Source of the DNA: Chlamydiales bacterium
GTDB taxonomy: Bacteria; Chlamydiota; Chlamydiia; Chlamydiales; JAAKFR01
DNA: 32,000 nt
Assembly (NCBI GenBank): GCA_041395025.1
Contig: JAWLBH010000001.1
Location: forward strand, 360,001-392,000
Direction of reading: 5' to 3'
The notes beneath the pieces are model-generated. The model did no database searches. It was not told the DNA's origin and saw only the letters and a list, made by a program, of their open reading frames with translations. The position numbers were made by a program, and so were the translations under genes. This document shows, piece after piece, positions 17,251-26,194 of this stretch. Within the stretch, counting starts at the first letter, position 1. Every line of letters begins with the position of its first letter.

Positions 17251-18630
17251 ATGTTAAATATGTTAGATATTATTAAGTTAAAAGAACTCTTTAAAAAAGA
17301 TGAAAAAGATATTCTTAGTGATTTTTTTGCTTTTTTAAGATTTAAAAGTATTACAACTGATCCGAATTATCATCAGGAAGTGCAAAAGTGTGCTCAATGG
17401 CTGGCTGAATATCTGAATCTCATTGGGCTGTCTGTAGAAGTCTGGGATACTGATAAAGCTCCTATTATTTTTGCTCATGATTTAAGAGCGGGTCCTGAAA
17501 AAGAAACTCTTCTTATCTATTGTCACTATGATGTTCAACCAGTTGATCCTATTGAAGGATGGACTACTCCTCCATTTGAACCAACAATGCGAGATGGTCA
17601 GGTCTATGCAAGAGGAGCTGTAGATGATAAAGGACAATGCTTTTATACAATTGTGGCCATCAAAACTTTTTTAAAGCAGTTTGGTCAATTTCCATTTAAT
17701 CTTAAATTTGTCATTGATGGTGAAGAAGAAAGTGGAAGTCTAGGTTTCTCTCAAATTCTTGAGGATAAAAGAAAAAGTCTATCCGCTGATCATCTTTTAA
17801 TTGTGGATAGTGGAATGGAAAAAATAGAAAAACCCACTATTACTTTAGGTGCAAGAGGCATTGTCTCTTTAGAAGTCATAGTTAAAGAATCAAATCATGA
17901 TCTTCATTCAGGTTTTGGTGGTGGCATAGCTTATAATCCAAACCGAGCTCTTGCCGAAATACTCGCTAAACTTCATGATGAAAATGGGAGTGTGGCTATT
18001 TCTGGTTTTTATGATGAAGTTGTTGAGATGCCTCCCCATGAAAAAAAAGGGCTCTCATTTGATTTTGATCCCGGACATTTTTTCTCTCTTTTTGGGTTTG
18101 AACCGACTGGAATGGAAAAAGGGCTTTCTCCTATTGAAGCAAATTGGTTACGCCCTACTCTTGAAATTAATGGAATTAACGGAGGATATAGTGGACCAGG
18201 TTGGAAAACAGTGATTCCATCTGTTGCCCAAGCAAAGATTTCTTGTCGTCTTGTGCCTCATCAATCTCCTGATCGTATCATTGCGCTTGTGCGAGATTTT
18301 TTAATTAATCAAACTCCACCGGGGTTAAATACTACAGTCAATATTTTTCCAGCAAATGGACGAGGATTTCGTACCAATCCAAATTCTCGTATTGCACATT
18401 TAATTGCAGAAAGTTATTCCCAAGTTTTTCAAAAACCTTGTCAAAAAAGCTTGATAGGAGCAACTATTCCTATTGCCGCTCAATTAGCAGAAGTTAGTGG
18501 TGCTGAGATGGTTTTAGCTGGACTCGGCTTACCAGCAGATCGTATTCATGCTCCGGATGAACATTTTGGATTTGATCGTTTTGAAAATGGATATTTAACA
18601 ATATATCGATTATTTGAGTTGTTCAATTAA
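17251..18630 (+). CDS. M20-family metallopeptidase (dipeptidase / ArgE-DapE-CPG2-like)
   Basis: 459 aa with M20 metal-ligand motifs: CHYDVQP, ARGAVDDKGQ, IDGEEESGS and a C-terminal HAPDEH. There is an alternative ATG at 17260. Confidence 0.8.
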   Translation: MLNMLDIIKLKELFKKDEKDILSDFFAFLRFKSITTDPNYHQEVQKCAQWLAEYLNLIGLSVEVWDTDKAPIIFAHDLRAGPEKETLLIYCHYDVQPVDPIEGWTTPPFEPTMRDGQVYARGAVDDKGQCFYTIVAIKTFLKQFGQFPFNLKFVIDGEEESGSLGFSQILEDKRKSLSADHLLIVDSGMEKIEKPTITLGARGIVSLEVIVKESNHDLHSGFGGGIAYNPNRALAEILAKLHDENGSVAISGFYDEVVEMPPHEKKGLSFDFDPGHFFSLFGFEPTGMEKGLSPIEANWLRPTLEINGINGGYSGPGWKTVIPSVAQAKISCRLVPHQSPDRIIALVRDFLINQTPPGLNTTVNIFPANGRGFRTNPNSRIAHLIAESYSQVFQKPCQKSLIGATIPIAAQLAEVSGAEMVLAGLGLPADRIHAPDEHFGFDRFENGYLTIYRLFELFN

Positions 18631-18700
18631 GATGACAGTTGGTATTTTTAAATTAATGATCTAATTTTAAATTTTGTTAATTTGGAGATTTTTGCCTGCT

Positions 18701-20152
18701 ATGTTTTGTAAAAAAGCACTTTTATTTTTCATCAGTTCTTCTGTCTTATTTTCATCGATTTGTTTTTCTACTGAAAATGCCAAAGAGAGTGCTCATACTA
18801 ATGAGGATCTACTTAAGCAGATCTCAAAGGGTTTTGCAAAAGTTGCAAAAAAAGCTAATCCTGCGGTTGTTTATATTGAATCTCAAGAAGGTGACAAAAA
18901 TGAAAAAACACCTTCTGGTCGAGGCTTATTTGAAAATCCTTTTAACCAATTTCATGATGATTTTTTCAACAGATTTTTTGGTTTTCCTTATTTAGATCAA
19001 CCCAAACCGAGAAAACGGGAAACCGTACGTGGTTCGGGATTTATTGTGGCCAACAATGGATACATTGTAACGAATAATCATGTTGTTGAAAATGCGAAAA
19101 AAGTGACTGTGACTTTTAATAGTGGAAAAAAATTCACTGCAAAAATCATTGGAACTGATCCTAAAACTGATCTAGCTGTTATTAAAATTGATCAAGAGAA
19201 TCTTCCCTACCTTTCTTTTGCTGATTCTGAAGCTCTTGAAGTCGGTGACTGGGCAATTGCAATTGGCAATCCATTTGGACTTCAAGAAACAGTGACAGTT
19301 GGCGTAGTTAGTGCAAAAGGACGTAGTCAACTACATATTGCGGATTTTGAAGATTTTATTCAAACAGATGCTGCAATTAATCCTGGGAATTCAGGTGGAC
19401 CCCTCATTGATATTGAAGGAGATGTGATAGGTGTAAACACTGCGATTGTTAGTGGTTCTGGTGGTTATATGGGAATCGGTTTTGCAATCCCTAGCAATAT
19501 GGCCAAAAGAATTATCGAACAATTGATCAAAGATGGAGAAGTAAAGCGAGGATTTTTAGGTGTTACCTTGCAACAAATCGATCCTGATCTTGAAAGTTTT
19601 TATAATCTGAACTCATCTAAAGGTGCTTTAGTGACTGAAGTCATTCCAAATTCTCCAGCTGATTCTGCTGGGCTTAAGCAAGAAGATATTATTCTTGGTT
19701 ATAATGATAATTTAGTCGAAAATCTGACCACTTTCCGTAACTATGTCTCTTTAATGCCCCCTGGATCCACATTAAATTTACGCATCAATCGTGAAGGTAA
19801 GGAAAAAGATATTAGTGTAGTTATTTCTTCCTTACCGGAAGAAAAAACTGGGCCACTAAGTCCAACTCAAAAATTGGGTTTAAAAGTAGAGAATCTTACT
19901 TCACAACTTGCACAGAAATACAATTTTTCTGAGGAATATGGGGTCATCATTACACAAATTGAACCAGGCAGTCCTGCAGCTGAGGCATTGCTTCGTCCGG
20001 GAAATCTTATCATAGCTATTAATAGACTTAGAATTAATTCAATAGAAGAATTTGATCAAGCTATCCATAAAGCTATGAAAGAAAAACGAGTTTTGCTTAT
20101 GGTTCGTCAAGGAAACACCATACGCTTTGTCACTCTCCACTTGGAAGATTAG
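18701..20152 (+). CDS. htrA: Periplasmic serine endoprotease DegP/HtrA with two PDZ domains
   Basis: The catalytic triad contexts are TNNHVV, DLAVIKI and GNSGGPL. Two PDZ-like blocks follow (GFLGVTLQ..., LGLKVENL...). The ORF opens at TTG 18674. ATG 18701 gives a classic signal peptide (MFCKKALLFFISSSVLFSSICFS) with GGAG 13 nt upstream. Confidence 0.9.
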   Translation: MFCKKALLFFISSSVLFSSICFSTENAKESAHTNEDLLKQISKGFAKVAKKANPAVVYIESQEGDKNEKTPSGRGLFENPFNQFHDDFFNRFFGFPYLDQPKPRKRETVRGSGFIVANNGYIVTNNHVVENAKKVTVTFNSGKKFTAKIIGTDPKTDLAVIKIDQENLPYLSFADSEALEVGDWAIAIGNPFGLQETVTVGVVSAKGRSQLHIADFEDFIQTDAAINPGNSGGPLIDIEGDVIGVNTAIVSGSGGYMGIGFAIPSNMAKRIIEQLIKDGEVKRGFLGVTLQQIDPDLESFYNLNSSKGALVTEVIPNSPADSAGLKQEDIILGYNDNLVENLTTFRNYVSLMPPGSTLNLRINREGKEKDISVVISSLPEEKTGPLSPTQKLGLKVENLTSQLAQKYNFSEEYGVIITQIEPGSPAAEALLRPGNLIIAINRLRINSIEEFDQAIHKAMKEKRVLLMVRQGNTIRFVTLHLED

Positions 20153-20161
20153 ATCCTTAGT

Positions 20162-20189
20162 AAAATAACTAAAATCTTTTAGCTATTTT
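20162..20189. terminator. AT-rich hairpin in the convergent htrA / hypothetical-gene gap (possible bidirectional terminator)
   Basis: AAAATAACTAAAA-tc-TTTTAGCTATTTT forms a 13-bp stem with one A.C mismatch. It lies between the htrA TAG (20150-20152) and the stop of the minus-strand gene (20188-20190), which it overlaps. The stem is almost entirely A/T, so stability is modest. Confidence 0.25.
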
Positions 20190-20592
20190 ATTCAATAACT
20201 TCTTCACTGATTTGTGTGGTTAACGTCAGAATTTCATCTAGCGCAGCCTGTGCTTCAATAGCACATCTTGGATGATTATGGATAATAACTGAAAGAGTTT
20301 CACGTTGATCGTGAAACAAATCAAGTAGGTGTTCCCTTGATTGGAGAGAATACAATTTCTTTTGTTCTTTGATTTTCTGAATTTGCTTCTGAATTTCTTG
20401 GATTTCTTTCTGCGCAATTGCTTCTTTAATTTGCACTACATGGGTCTGAGCCTGAGTTAAATCCTTTTCTGCTAAGCATAGCCTGCGCTTCAAATCTTCC
20501 AAGCCAGATTGATTAAAAGAAATTAATCTCGCTCGACAGGTGCCTATTCCTAAAACAAAGACGATACCTAATATTAAGAACCGACCTTTCAT
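20188..20592 (-). CDS. Hypothetical exported or membrane-anchored coiled-coil protein (possible lipoprotein)
   Basis: 134 aa. The N-terminal signal or anchor is MKGRFLILGIVFVLGIGTC, with an imperfect lipobox IGTC. The remainder is a heptad-like Q/K/E-rich helix (QIKEAIAQKEIQEIQKQIQKIKEQKK). I recognise no family motif. Confidence 0.55.
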   Translation of the reverse strand: MKGRFLILGIVFVLGIGTCRARLISFNQSGLEDLKRRLCLAEKDLTQAQTHVVQIKEAIAQKEIQEIQKQIQKIKEQKKLYSLQSREHLLDLFHDQRETLSVIIHNHPRCAIEAQAALDEILTLTTQISEEVIE

Positions 20593-20659
20593 AGATAACC
20601 TTTATTTTCAAGGGTCGGAGATTAGAAAAAAAAATACTAAAAAAGCAAGAAAAAACGAT

Positions 20660-21799
20660 TTATTTATTTGCCTGTGTAAAAGCAAGAAATTGTGGATCAT
20701 CACGAATTGAATCAAACTCTTCACGAGAAATAGCTTCTGCTACTGAAGTTAATCCTTCCCTTAAAGCACACTCTAACCAACCTACAGCTGGCTCAACACG
20801 TGATAAGATTCCATATGTCAATGCATTAATCAAAGCTGTATCAGCTGAAGGATGATCTTGATAACACTTATTTCCAATGTCAATCACAGTTTGGTAATCT
20901 TCATTCATATAAGCAAGAAAATGGAACGTTGCCAAACTCTCTCCAGAAAGATTTTTTTGCATAGGAATTAAAAGTTGATAAGCTTCCTCATATCGCTCCT
21001 GATGACGATAAATTTCTGCAATCTCTTGAGTAGCTAATGTATAAAGAATCCCTTTCTTTGTTTCTTTACGCACCTTTTCCAGTTTTTGTAAGGCCTGCTC
21101 TTCAAAACCAGATTCCAGATCAATATCAGCAGATTTAATTAATTCTTGCAAATGTGTATCACGATCTTTTTCATTGAAAATCTTATAGTAACGCAGAGAA
21201 CGAAAGCTTTCAAATGTGAACATCAAAAAAAGAGCACCAATTAAAAACATGCCCACAGCAAAGAAAAACACACTCGTAATTATAGAAATCCCTAAGCTAA
21301 TCACAATGGAAATTCTTAAACCTTTAAATCCAAAAATAGCTTCTAAAAGAATACTTAAAAGGTGCCCTCCATCAAGAGGAAGAATCGGGACAAGATTAAA
21401 GATTGTCCAAAAAAAATTCATAACAAAAGCAAACTTAACAACAAAAAATACGGGAGAGGATTGAATGAGTACTTTTTGATAAAAAGTGTGAAAAATCACC
21501 ACAAGAAGGCATCCAGCAATAGGGCCATTTAAAACAACAAGAAATTCTTTCCAGAGATTGAGTTTTGGTCCTTCACGATAGGTAAACCCTCCAAATGCAG
21601 CTAATTCAATGCGAACTTTTTGTTGAAAAAGAATGGCTGTCAAAGCATGTCCTAACTCATGAATAAGAATAGAAAATAAGATCACACCTACACAAATTAG
21701 AGCTCCAGTCAAAGTAAAAGCCCACATCCATCCAATAAAAAAAGCAACCAACCAAAAAAGAGGGTGAATTGAAATAGGAATTTTTCCTGGAATGATCAT
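20660..21799 (-). CDS. M50-family site-2 protease (intramembrane zinc metalloprotease) with C-terminal TPR-like domain
   Basis: 379 aa. HELGH lies within a TM helix (nt 21647-21661), and the second S2P motif is [15 protein letters not shown]. About 6 TM segments are followed by ~165 soluble residues with TPR-like helix pairs ([18 protein letters not shown]). The start ATG overlaps the sucD stop (ATGA at 21796-21799). Confidence 0.8.
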   Translation of the reverse strand: MIIPGKIPISIHPLFWLVAFFIGWMWAFTLTGALICVGVILFSILIHELGHALTAILFQQKVRIELAAFGGFTYREGPKLNLWKEFLVVLNGPIAGCLLVVIFHTFYQKVLIQSSPVFFVVKFAFVMNFFWTIFNLVPILPLDGGHLLSILLEAIFGFKGLRISIVISLGISIITSVFFFAVGMFLIGALFLMFTFESFRSLRYYKIFNEKDRDTHLQELIKSADIDLESGFEEQALQKLEKVRKETKKGILYTLATQEIAEIYRHQERYEEAYQLLIPMQKNLSGESLATFHFLAYMNEDYQTVIDIGNKCYQDHPSADTALINALTYGILSRVEPAVGWLECALREGLTSVAEAISREEFDSIRDDPQFLAFTQANK

Positions 21800-22671
21800 G
21801 AAGTTAAGACTTCTTTTAGAGTTCGACCAATCACTGCTGGTGTCCTAGCAATGATCACACCTGCAGACTCAAGAGCTGCTATTTTCTCTTTTGCCCCTCC
21901 CTTTCCACCAGAAATAATCGCTCCAGCATGACCCATTCTTCTTCCAGAAGGCGCTGTTTGACCAGCAATAAAAGCAATGACTGGTTTTCTCCCTTTAACC
22001 CTAATCCAATCAGCTGCTTCTTCTTCGGCTACTCCCCCAATTTCTCCAATCATTAAAATCACTTCGGTTTCTCTATCTGCTTCAAAGAGTTCAAGCATAT
22101 CAATAAAATGCGTCCCATTTAAGGGATCTCCTCCAATTCCTACGCATGTGCTTTGCCCTAATCCCTCTTGTGTGGTCTGCCAAACTGCTTCATAAGTTAG
22201 TGTTCCAGAACGTGAAACAATACCCACACATCCTTTTTTATGGATATAGCCGGGCATAATGCCAATCTTACAGGCATCAGGAGTAATGATACCTGGACAA
22301 TTTGGACCAATTAAGCGACTCGTTTTGCTTTGTTTCATAATCTGTGCAACTTCTAGCATATCACGTATAGGGATTCCTTCTGTAATACAAATAATCAGAG
22401 GGATACTAGCTTCTTCAGCTTCTAAAATTGCTTCAGCCGCATAAGGCGCTGGGACAAAAATCACACTTGCATCACAATCTGTGACCTTTTTTGCTTCTTT
22501 AACTGTATCAAAAACAGGCAGATTAAGGTAATTTTCTCCTCCTTTACCTGGAGTCACCCCTCCAACATAATTCGATCCATAGGCAATACTTGCTTGGGTA
22601 TGAAATGTTCCTGCTTTCCCAGTTAACCCTTGTGTAATGACTCTTGTTTGTTTATCAATTAAAACTGCCAT
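21796..22671 (-). CDS. sucD: Succinate--CoA ligase [ADP-forming] subunit alpha
   Basis: 291 aa with SucD motifs: [31 protein letters not shown], and the phosphohistidine loop [13 protein letters not shown]. The start overlaps the sucC stop by 1 nt (TAATG). Confidence 0.95.
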   Translation of the reverse strand: MAVLIDKQTRVITQGLTGKAGTFHTQASIAYGSNYVGGVTPGKGGENYLNLPVFDTVKEAKKVTDCDASVIFVPAPYAAEAILEAEEASIPLIICITEGIPIRDMLEVAQIMKQSKTSRLIGPNCPGIITPDACKIGIMPGYIHKKGCVGIVSRSGTLTYEAVWQTTQEGLGQSTCVGIGGDPLNGTHFIDMLELFEADRETEVILMIGEIGGVAEEEAADWIRVKGRKPVIAFIAGQTAPSGRRMGHAGAIISGGKGGAKEKIAALESAGVIIARTPAVIGRTLKEVLTS

Positions 22672-23840
22672 TAATCTGCACTTTTTGCTGCTTTAATCAC
22701 TTTAATTGCACCATCTTCCATTGTATCAGCCATGATCAGATTGAGTCCTGATTCTTTGAAAACTTGTTTCCCATTGACTGCATTTGTTCCCTCTATTCTA
22801 ATAATCAAAGGAAGGACTCGATCAATTTTTTTCATTGCCTCAACAATTCCTTTTGCTAAGACTGAACAATCCATAATTCCTCCAAAAATATTCACAAAAA
22901 TAGACTTAACCTTTGGATCCAACAAAATGATTTTAAAACCATGTGCAATTTCTTCTTTAGAAGCTCCTCCCCCTACATCTAAAAAGTTTGCAGGCTTTCC
23001 TCCATAATAATGGATAATATCCATTGTAGCCATCGCAAGTCCGGCTCCATTGACTAAACACCCAATCTCTCCATCTAAACCGATATAGGAAAGATCGCAA
23101 TCCTTAGCCATGACCTCATTAGGAGTGTCCTGAGAAGGATCATACCATTGTGAGATTGCTGGCTGTCGAAAAAGAGCGTTGTCATCAATAGTAAATTTAG
23201 CATCAAGTGCAAGTAATTTTCCTTCTTCTGTTTCAATAAAGGGATTAATTTCAATAAGAGAAGCGTCTGTTTCAATAAAAGCCTTTGCAAGATTTAAAGC
23301 GATTTTCATTCCCTCTTGAGCCAAAGTACCTCTCCAACCCATAAATTTTGCAAGATGAAAGAGATGAAATTTTCTGATATGTCCATCAAATCTGAAAGGA
23401 ATTTTAAGAATATCCTGAGGGGTTGTTTTTGCAATCTCTTCAATATCTACTCCTCCTTTAGGTGAAGCGATTAAAATTGGAAGAGCAGATGAACGATCAA
23501 CCATAACTGATAGATAATATTCTTTTTTTATCGATACTGATGGAGAAATGATCACAAATTGTGCAACTACCCCCTTTGGTCCTGTTTGATCATTGATTAT
23601 CCTCATTCCAATTAAATCAGAAGAAAGACGTACGATTTCTTCAGGATTATTGGCAAATTTCACTCCTCCTGCTTTTTTTCTACCTCCAGCATGCACTTGT
23701 ACCTTAATCACTGCTTGGTGAAGCCTCATATCTATAATTGCATTTTCTACTTCTTGATTGTTAGCAGCAATCGCAAAGGGAGGAACAGGAATGCCATACT
23801 GCATGAAGATTTTTTTTGCTTGATATTCGTGAATATACAT
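22671..23840 (-). CDS. sucC: Succinate--CoA ligase [ADP-forming] subunit beta
   Basis: 389 aa. It has the SucC N-terminus [12 protein letters not shown] and ATP-grasp block [16 protein letters not shown], plus the C-terminal CoA-ligase block [14 protein letters not shown] lies upstream of the ATG. Confidence 0.95.
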   Translation of the reverse strand: MYIHEYQAKKIFMQYGIPVPPFAIAANNQEVENAIIDMRLHQAVIKVQVHAGGRKKAGGVKFANNPEEIVRLSSDLIGMRIINDQTGPKGVVAQFVIISPSVSIKKEYYLSVMVDRSSALPILIASPKGGVDIEEIAKTTPQDILKIPFRFDGHIRKFHLFHLAKFMGWRGTLAQEGMKIALNLAKAFIETDASLIEINPFIETEEGKLLALDAKFTIDDNALFRQPAISQWYDPSQDTPNEVMAKDCDLSYIGLDGEIGCLVNGAGLAMATMDIIHYYGGKPANFLDVGGGASKEEIAHGFKIILLDPKVKSIFVNIFGGIMDCSVLAKGIVEAMKKIDRVLPLIIRIEGTNAVNGKQVFKESGLNLIMADTMEDGAIKVIKAAKSAD

Positions 23841-23906
23841 TTACTTCCTTTTAGAGTTTCTTATGTGATATACCTGATTTTCATTCAATGAAGGAATTAA
23901 ATTTTC

Positions 23907-24764
23907 ATGCTTAAATTTCTTGGTAAAAAAATCCGTGCAATTTTTAAAGGACAAGTTAATGAAGAGATGATTGAAGAACTCGAGCAAGTTTTCTATGAAT
24001 CAGACTTAGGTTCCTCAACAAGTGAGGAGTTAACTGAATATATACGAAAAATGATCAAAAAAAAATCTTCAAAAGAAGAACTCCTCGCGGCAATTAAACA
24101 AGAACTCCTCAAAGAGTTGCTGCAAATTTCCTCTCCTTCTTTTGAAAATACACCTCTTCATGTTGTCTTGATTGTTGGTACGAATGGGAATGGAAAAACA
24201 ACAACAACAGCAAAATTAGCCTATGATTATCAAAAAAAAGGAAAAAAAGTATTAATTGCAGCTACTGATACTTTTCGAGCAGCTGGAATGCAACAAATTG
24301 AAAAATGGGTCGCCAAAATAAAATGTGGGATTGTATCAGGTCGACCTGGAGGAGATCCGGCTGCTATCGTGTTTGATGCAATTGAAGCAGCAAAAAGTAG
24401 ACAATATGATCTTCTCCTGATCGATACAGCTGGTCGTCTTCATACAAAAAATAATTTAATGAAAGAACTACAAAAGATCTCTCGTGTCTGTGAAAAGTCC
24501 CTTCCAGGATCACCTCACGAAACTCTTCTTGTTTTAGATGCGACAATTGGTCAAAATGGACTCAACCAAGCAAGGATATTTCACCAATTTACTCCTCTTA
24601 CCGGTCTCATTTTAACTAAGCTTGATGGATCAGCAAAAGGAGGGGCTGTCATCGCTATTCAAAAAAAATTAGCTCTTCCCGTGAAATATATCGGCTTAGG
24701 GGAAACAATCGATGCCTTTGCTTCTTTTGACCCAGAACAATTTGTTGAAATGCTTTTTGAATAG
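23907..24764 (+). CDS. ftsY: Signal recognition particle receptor FtsY (NG domain only, no acidic A domain)
   Basis: 285 aa with SRP-GTPase motifs GTNGNGKTTTTAKLA (G1), DTAGR (G3), LTKLDGSAKGG (G4) and GLGETIDAF. Confidence 0.9.
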   Translation: MLKFLGKKIRAIFKGQVNEEMIEELEQVFYESDLGSSTSEELTEYIRKMIKKKSSKEELLAAIKQELLKELLQISSPSFENTPLHVVLIVGTNGNGKTTTTAKLAYDYQKKGKKVLIAATDTFRAAGMQQIEKWVAKIKCGIVSGRPGGDPAAIVFDAIEAAKSRQYDLLLIDTAGRLHTKNNLMKELQKISRVCEKSLPGSPHETLLVLDATIGQNGLNQARIFHQFTPLTGLILTKLDGSAKGGAVIAIQKKLALPVKYIGLGETIDAFASFDPEQFVEMLFE

Positions 24765-24933
24765 ATATTTACTTAATGGAGATAAATATAGATATTTTAA
24801 ATATATAAAATTTTTTATTTAAAATTCAGAATTTTTTTCAGAAAAAATTGTTTATAAATTTAAAATGGTTTTTTTTATAAATTTATGATGATTTTAGTTA
24901 TATTGTTTAGAGTTATTTAAAATCTTATCTTTT

Positions 24934-24942
24934 TGGTACAAT
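24934..24942 (+). promoter_or_regulatory. Candidate extended -10 promoter element for the desaturase gene
   Basis: TGGTACAAT matches TGnTATAAT at 8 of 9 positions, 32 nt upstream of ATG 24974. AGGAG at 24963-24967 is the likely SD. There is no good -35. This is pattern match only in AT-rich DNA. Confidence 0.2.
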
Positions 24943-24973
24943 AGTTTTTTTGTCCATAAATTAGGAGTCCTAG

Positions 24974-26074
24974 ATGAACAAATCCTTCGACTGGAGAATA
25001 TCTCTATTTTTAATCTCCTATCAGCTTCTTCTGATTTTTTCCCTTCCTTTTTATTTTTATTATATGCAACCCAGTGCTGTTTTAATTGTTCTATCAATTA
25101 TTCTCCTTTTCATCACTGGAATTAGTGTCACAGGAGGCTATCACCGTTATTTTTCCCATCGAACTTATAAAGCTCACCCATTGATTGAATCTCTGCTACT
25201 TTTTTTTGGAGGGATGGCAATGGAAGGCAGTGCTCTCAGATGGGCGTACGAACATCGTCTTCACCATGCTTACGTAGACACAGAAAAAGACCCTTATTCA
25301 ATTAAAAAAGGATTTTTGTATGCTCATTTTTTATGGATGCTTGAAAAAGCTCGACCGATTGAAGAGAAGCTTGTAAGTGATTTAATAAAAAATCCACGAG
25401 TGATGTTTCAGGACAAATTGATTTTTTTCTTTATGTTTGGAACAAACTTTCTTGTTTGGATTGTGATGGGTTGGTTACTTAATGATTACATAGGCTCTTT
25501 TTTTATTGCTGTTGCTCTAAGAATTTTTATTCTTCATCATTTGACTTGGTTTATCAACTCTCTTGCTCATACATGGGGAAACAAACCTTTTTGCCAAGAA
25601 CAGACGGCAGTGAATAACCTAATTCTCTCTTTTCTAACTTTTGGAGAAGGATATCATAACTATCACCATGTCTTTCCTAAAGACTATAGAAACGGTGTAA
25701 AATGGTACCATTTTGATCCGACTAAATGGATAATATGGATTCTTTCAAAATTAAAGCTAGTCAGAGACTTAAAGCAAGTTGATCAACTAACGATTAAAAA
25801 ACGCATGGTTATTGAGCGTAAAGCCCTACTTTTAAAAAAAATTCATAACATAGATTACGTTAGACAAGAAGAACTCACCAGCCAAGTTGAAATCATTGCG
25901 AGTAAAATACTTGAGAAAATCATGAACTTTACCCACCTTTACAAGGAATTGGATAAATTTAAACAACCTGCAATCACATCCAAAATTCACTATGAGCTTT
26001 ATTGTCTGCATGCGAGCTTAAAAGAAGATTGGAAACAATGGAAGCTCTTATCAAGAGAAATTCTAAATACTTAA
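24974..26074 (+). CDS. Acyl-CoA/acyl-lipid Delta-9 fatty acid desaturase (membrane di-iron, SCD/DesC type) with ~90-aa C-terminal extension
   Basis: All three histidine boxes sit in canonical context: GGYHRYFSHRTYKA, EHRLHHAYVDTEKDPYS and GEGYHNYHHVFPKDYR. Four TM helices are present. Residues ~275-366 form a helical, K/E/L-rich tail beyond the usual domain end. Confidence 0.9.
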   Translation: MNKSFDWRISLFLISYQLLLIFSLPFYFYYMQPSAVLIVLSIILLFITGISVTGGYHRYFSHRTYKAHPLIESLLLFFGGMAMEGSALRWAYEHRLHHAYVDTEKDPYSIKKGFLYAHFLWMLEKARPIEEKLVSDLIKNPRVMFQDKLIFFFMFGTNFLVWIVMGWLLNDYIGSFFIAVALRIFILHHLTWFINSLAHTWGNKPFCQEQTAVNNLILSFLTFGEGYHNYHHVFPKDYRNGVKWYHFDPTKWIIWILSKLKLVRDLKQVDQLTIKKRMVIERKALLLKKIHNIDYVRQEELTSQVEIIASKILEKIMNFTHLYKELDKFKQPAITSKIHYELYCLHASLKEDWKQWKLLSREILNT

Positions 26075-26097
26075 ACCTCTTCTCTGAAAGAAGAGGT
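26075..26097. other. Stem-loop immediately after the desaturase stop codon
   Basis: ACCTCTTCT-ctgaa-AGAAGAGGT is a perfect 9-bp stem with a 5-nt loop, starting 1 nt after TAA 26072-26074. No U-tract follows on the + strand. Confidence 0.3.
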
Positions 26098-26128
26098 CAA
26101 AGATCATCTAAATTTAAAGAAATATAAA

Positions 26129-26159
26129 AAAGAGATAGACCGCTAGGTCTTTTCTCTTT
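26129..26159. terminator. Candidate bidirectional intrinsic terminator between the convergent desaturase and BI-1 genes
   Basis: The core hairpin AGACC-gcta-GGTCT (26137-26150) is flanked by AAAGAGA (left) and TTTCTCTTT (right). These flanks can extend the stem by 7 bp and also supply a U-tract in either orientation. The core stem is short. Confidence 0.35.
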
Positions 26160-26194
26160 GAAATGATGTAAATAAAAAAAATATCAGTGATAAA

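Noticed and set aside
21216-23891. Plus-strand ORFs of 61-91 aa (21216-21464, 21977-22195, 22259-22444, 22732-23007, 23691-23891) and a minus-strand one (23075-23290), all within the S2P-sucD-sucC genes
   Set aside because: All are embedded in strongly supported minus-strand genes, either antisense or, for 23075-23290, in an alternative frame of the same strand. The sequences are Ser/Pro/Ile-rich mirror translations with no independent start signals.
24830-24849. Hairpin AATTTTTT-tcag-AAAAAATT downstream of ftsY, considered as a terminator
   Set aside because: The stem is pure A/T in a low-complexity AT-rich spacer. Predicted stability would be negligible, and such symmetry is expected by chance here.
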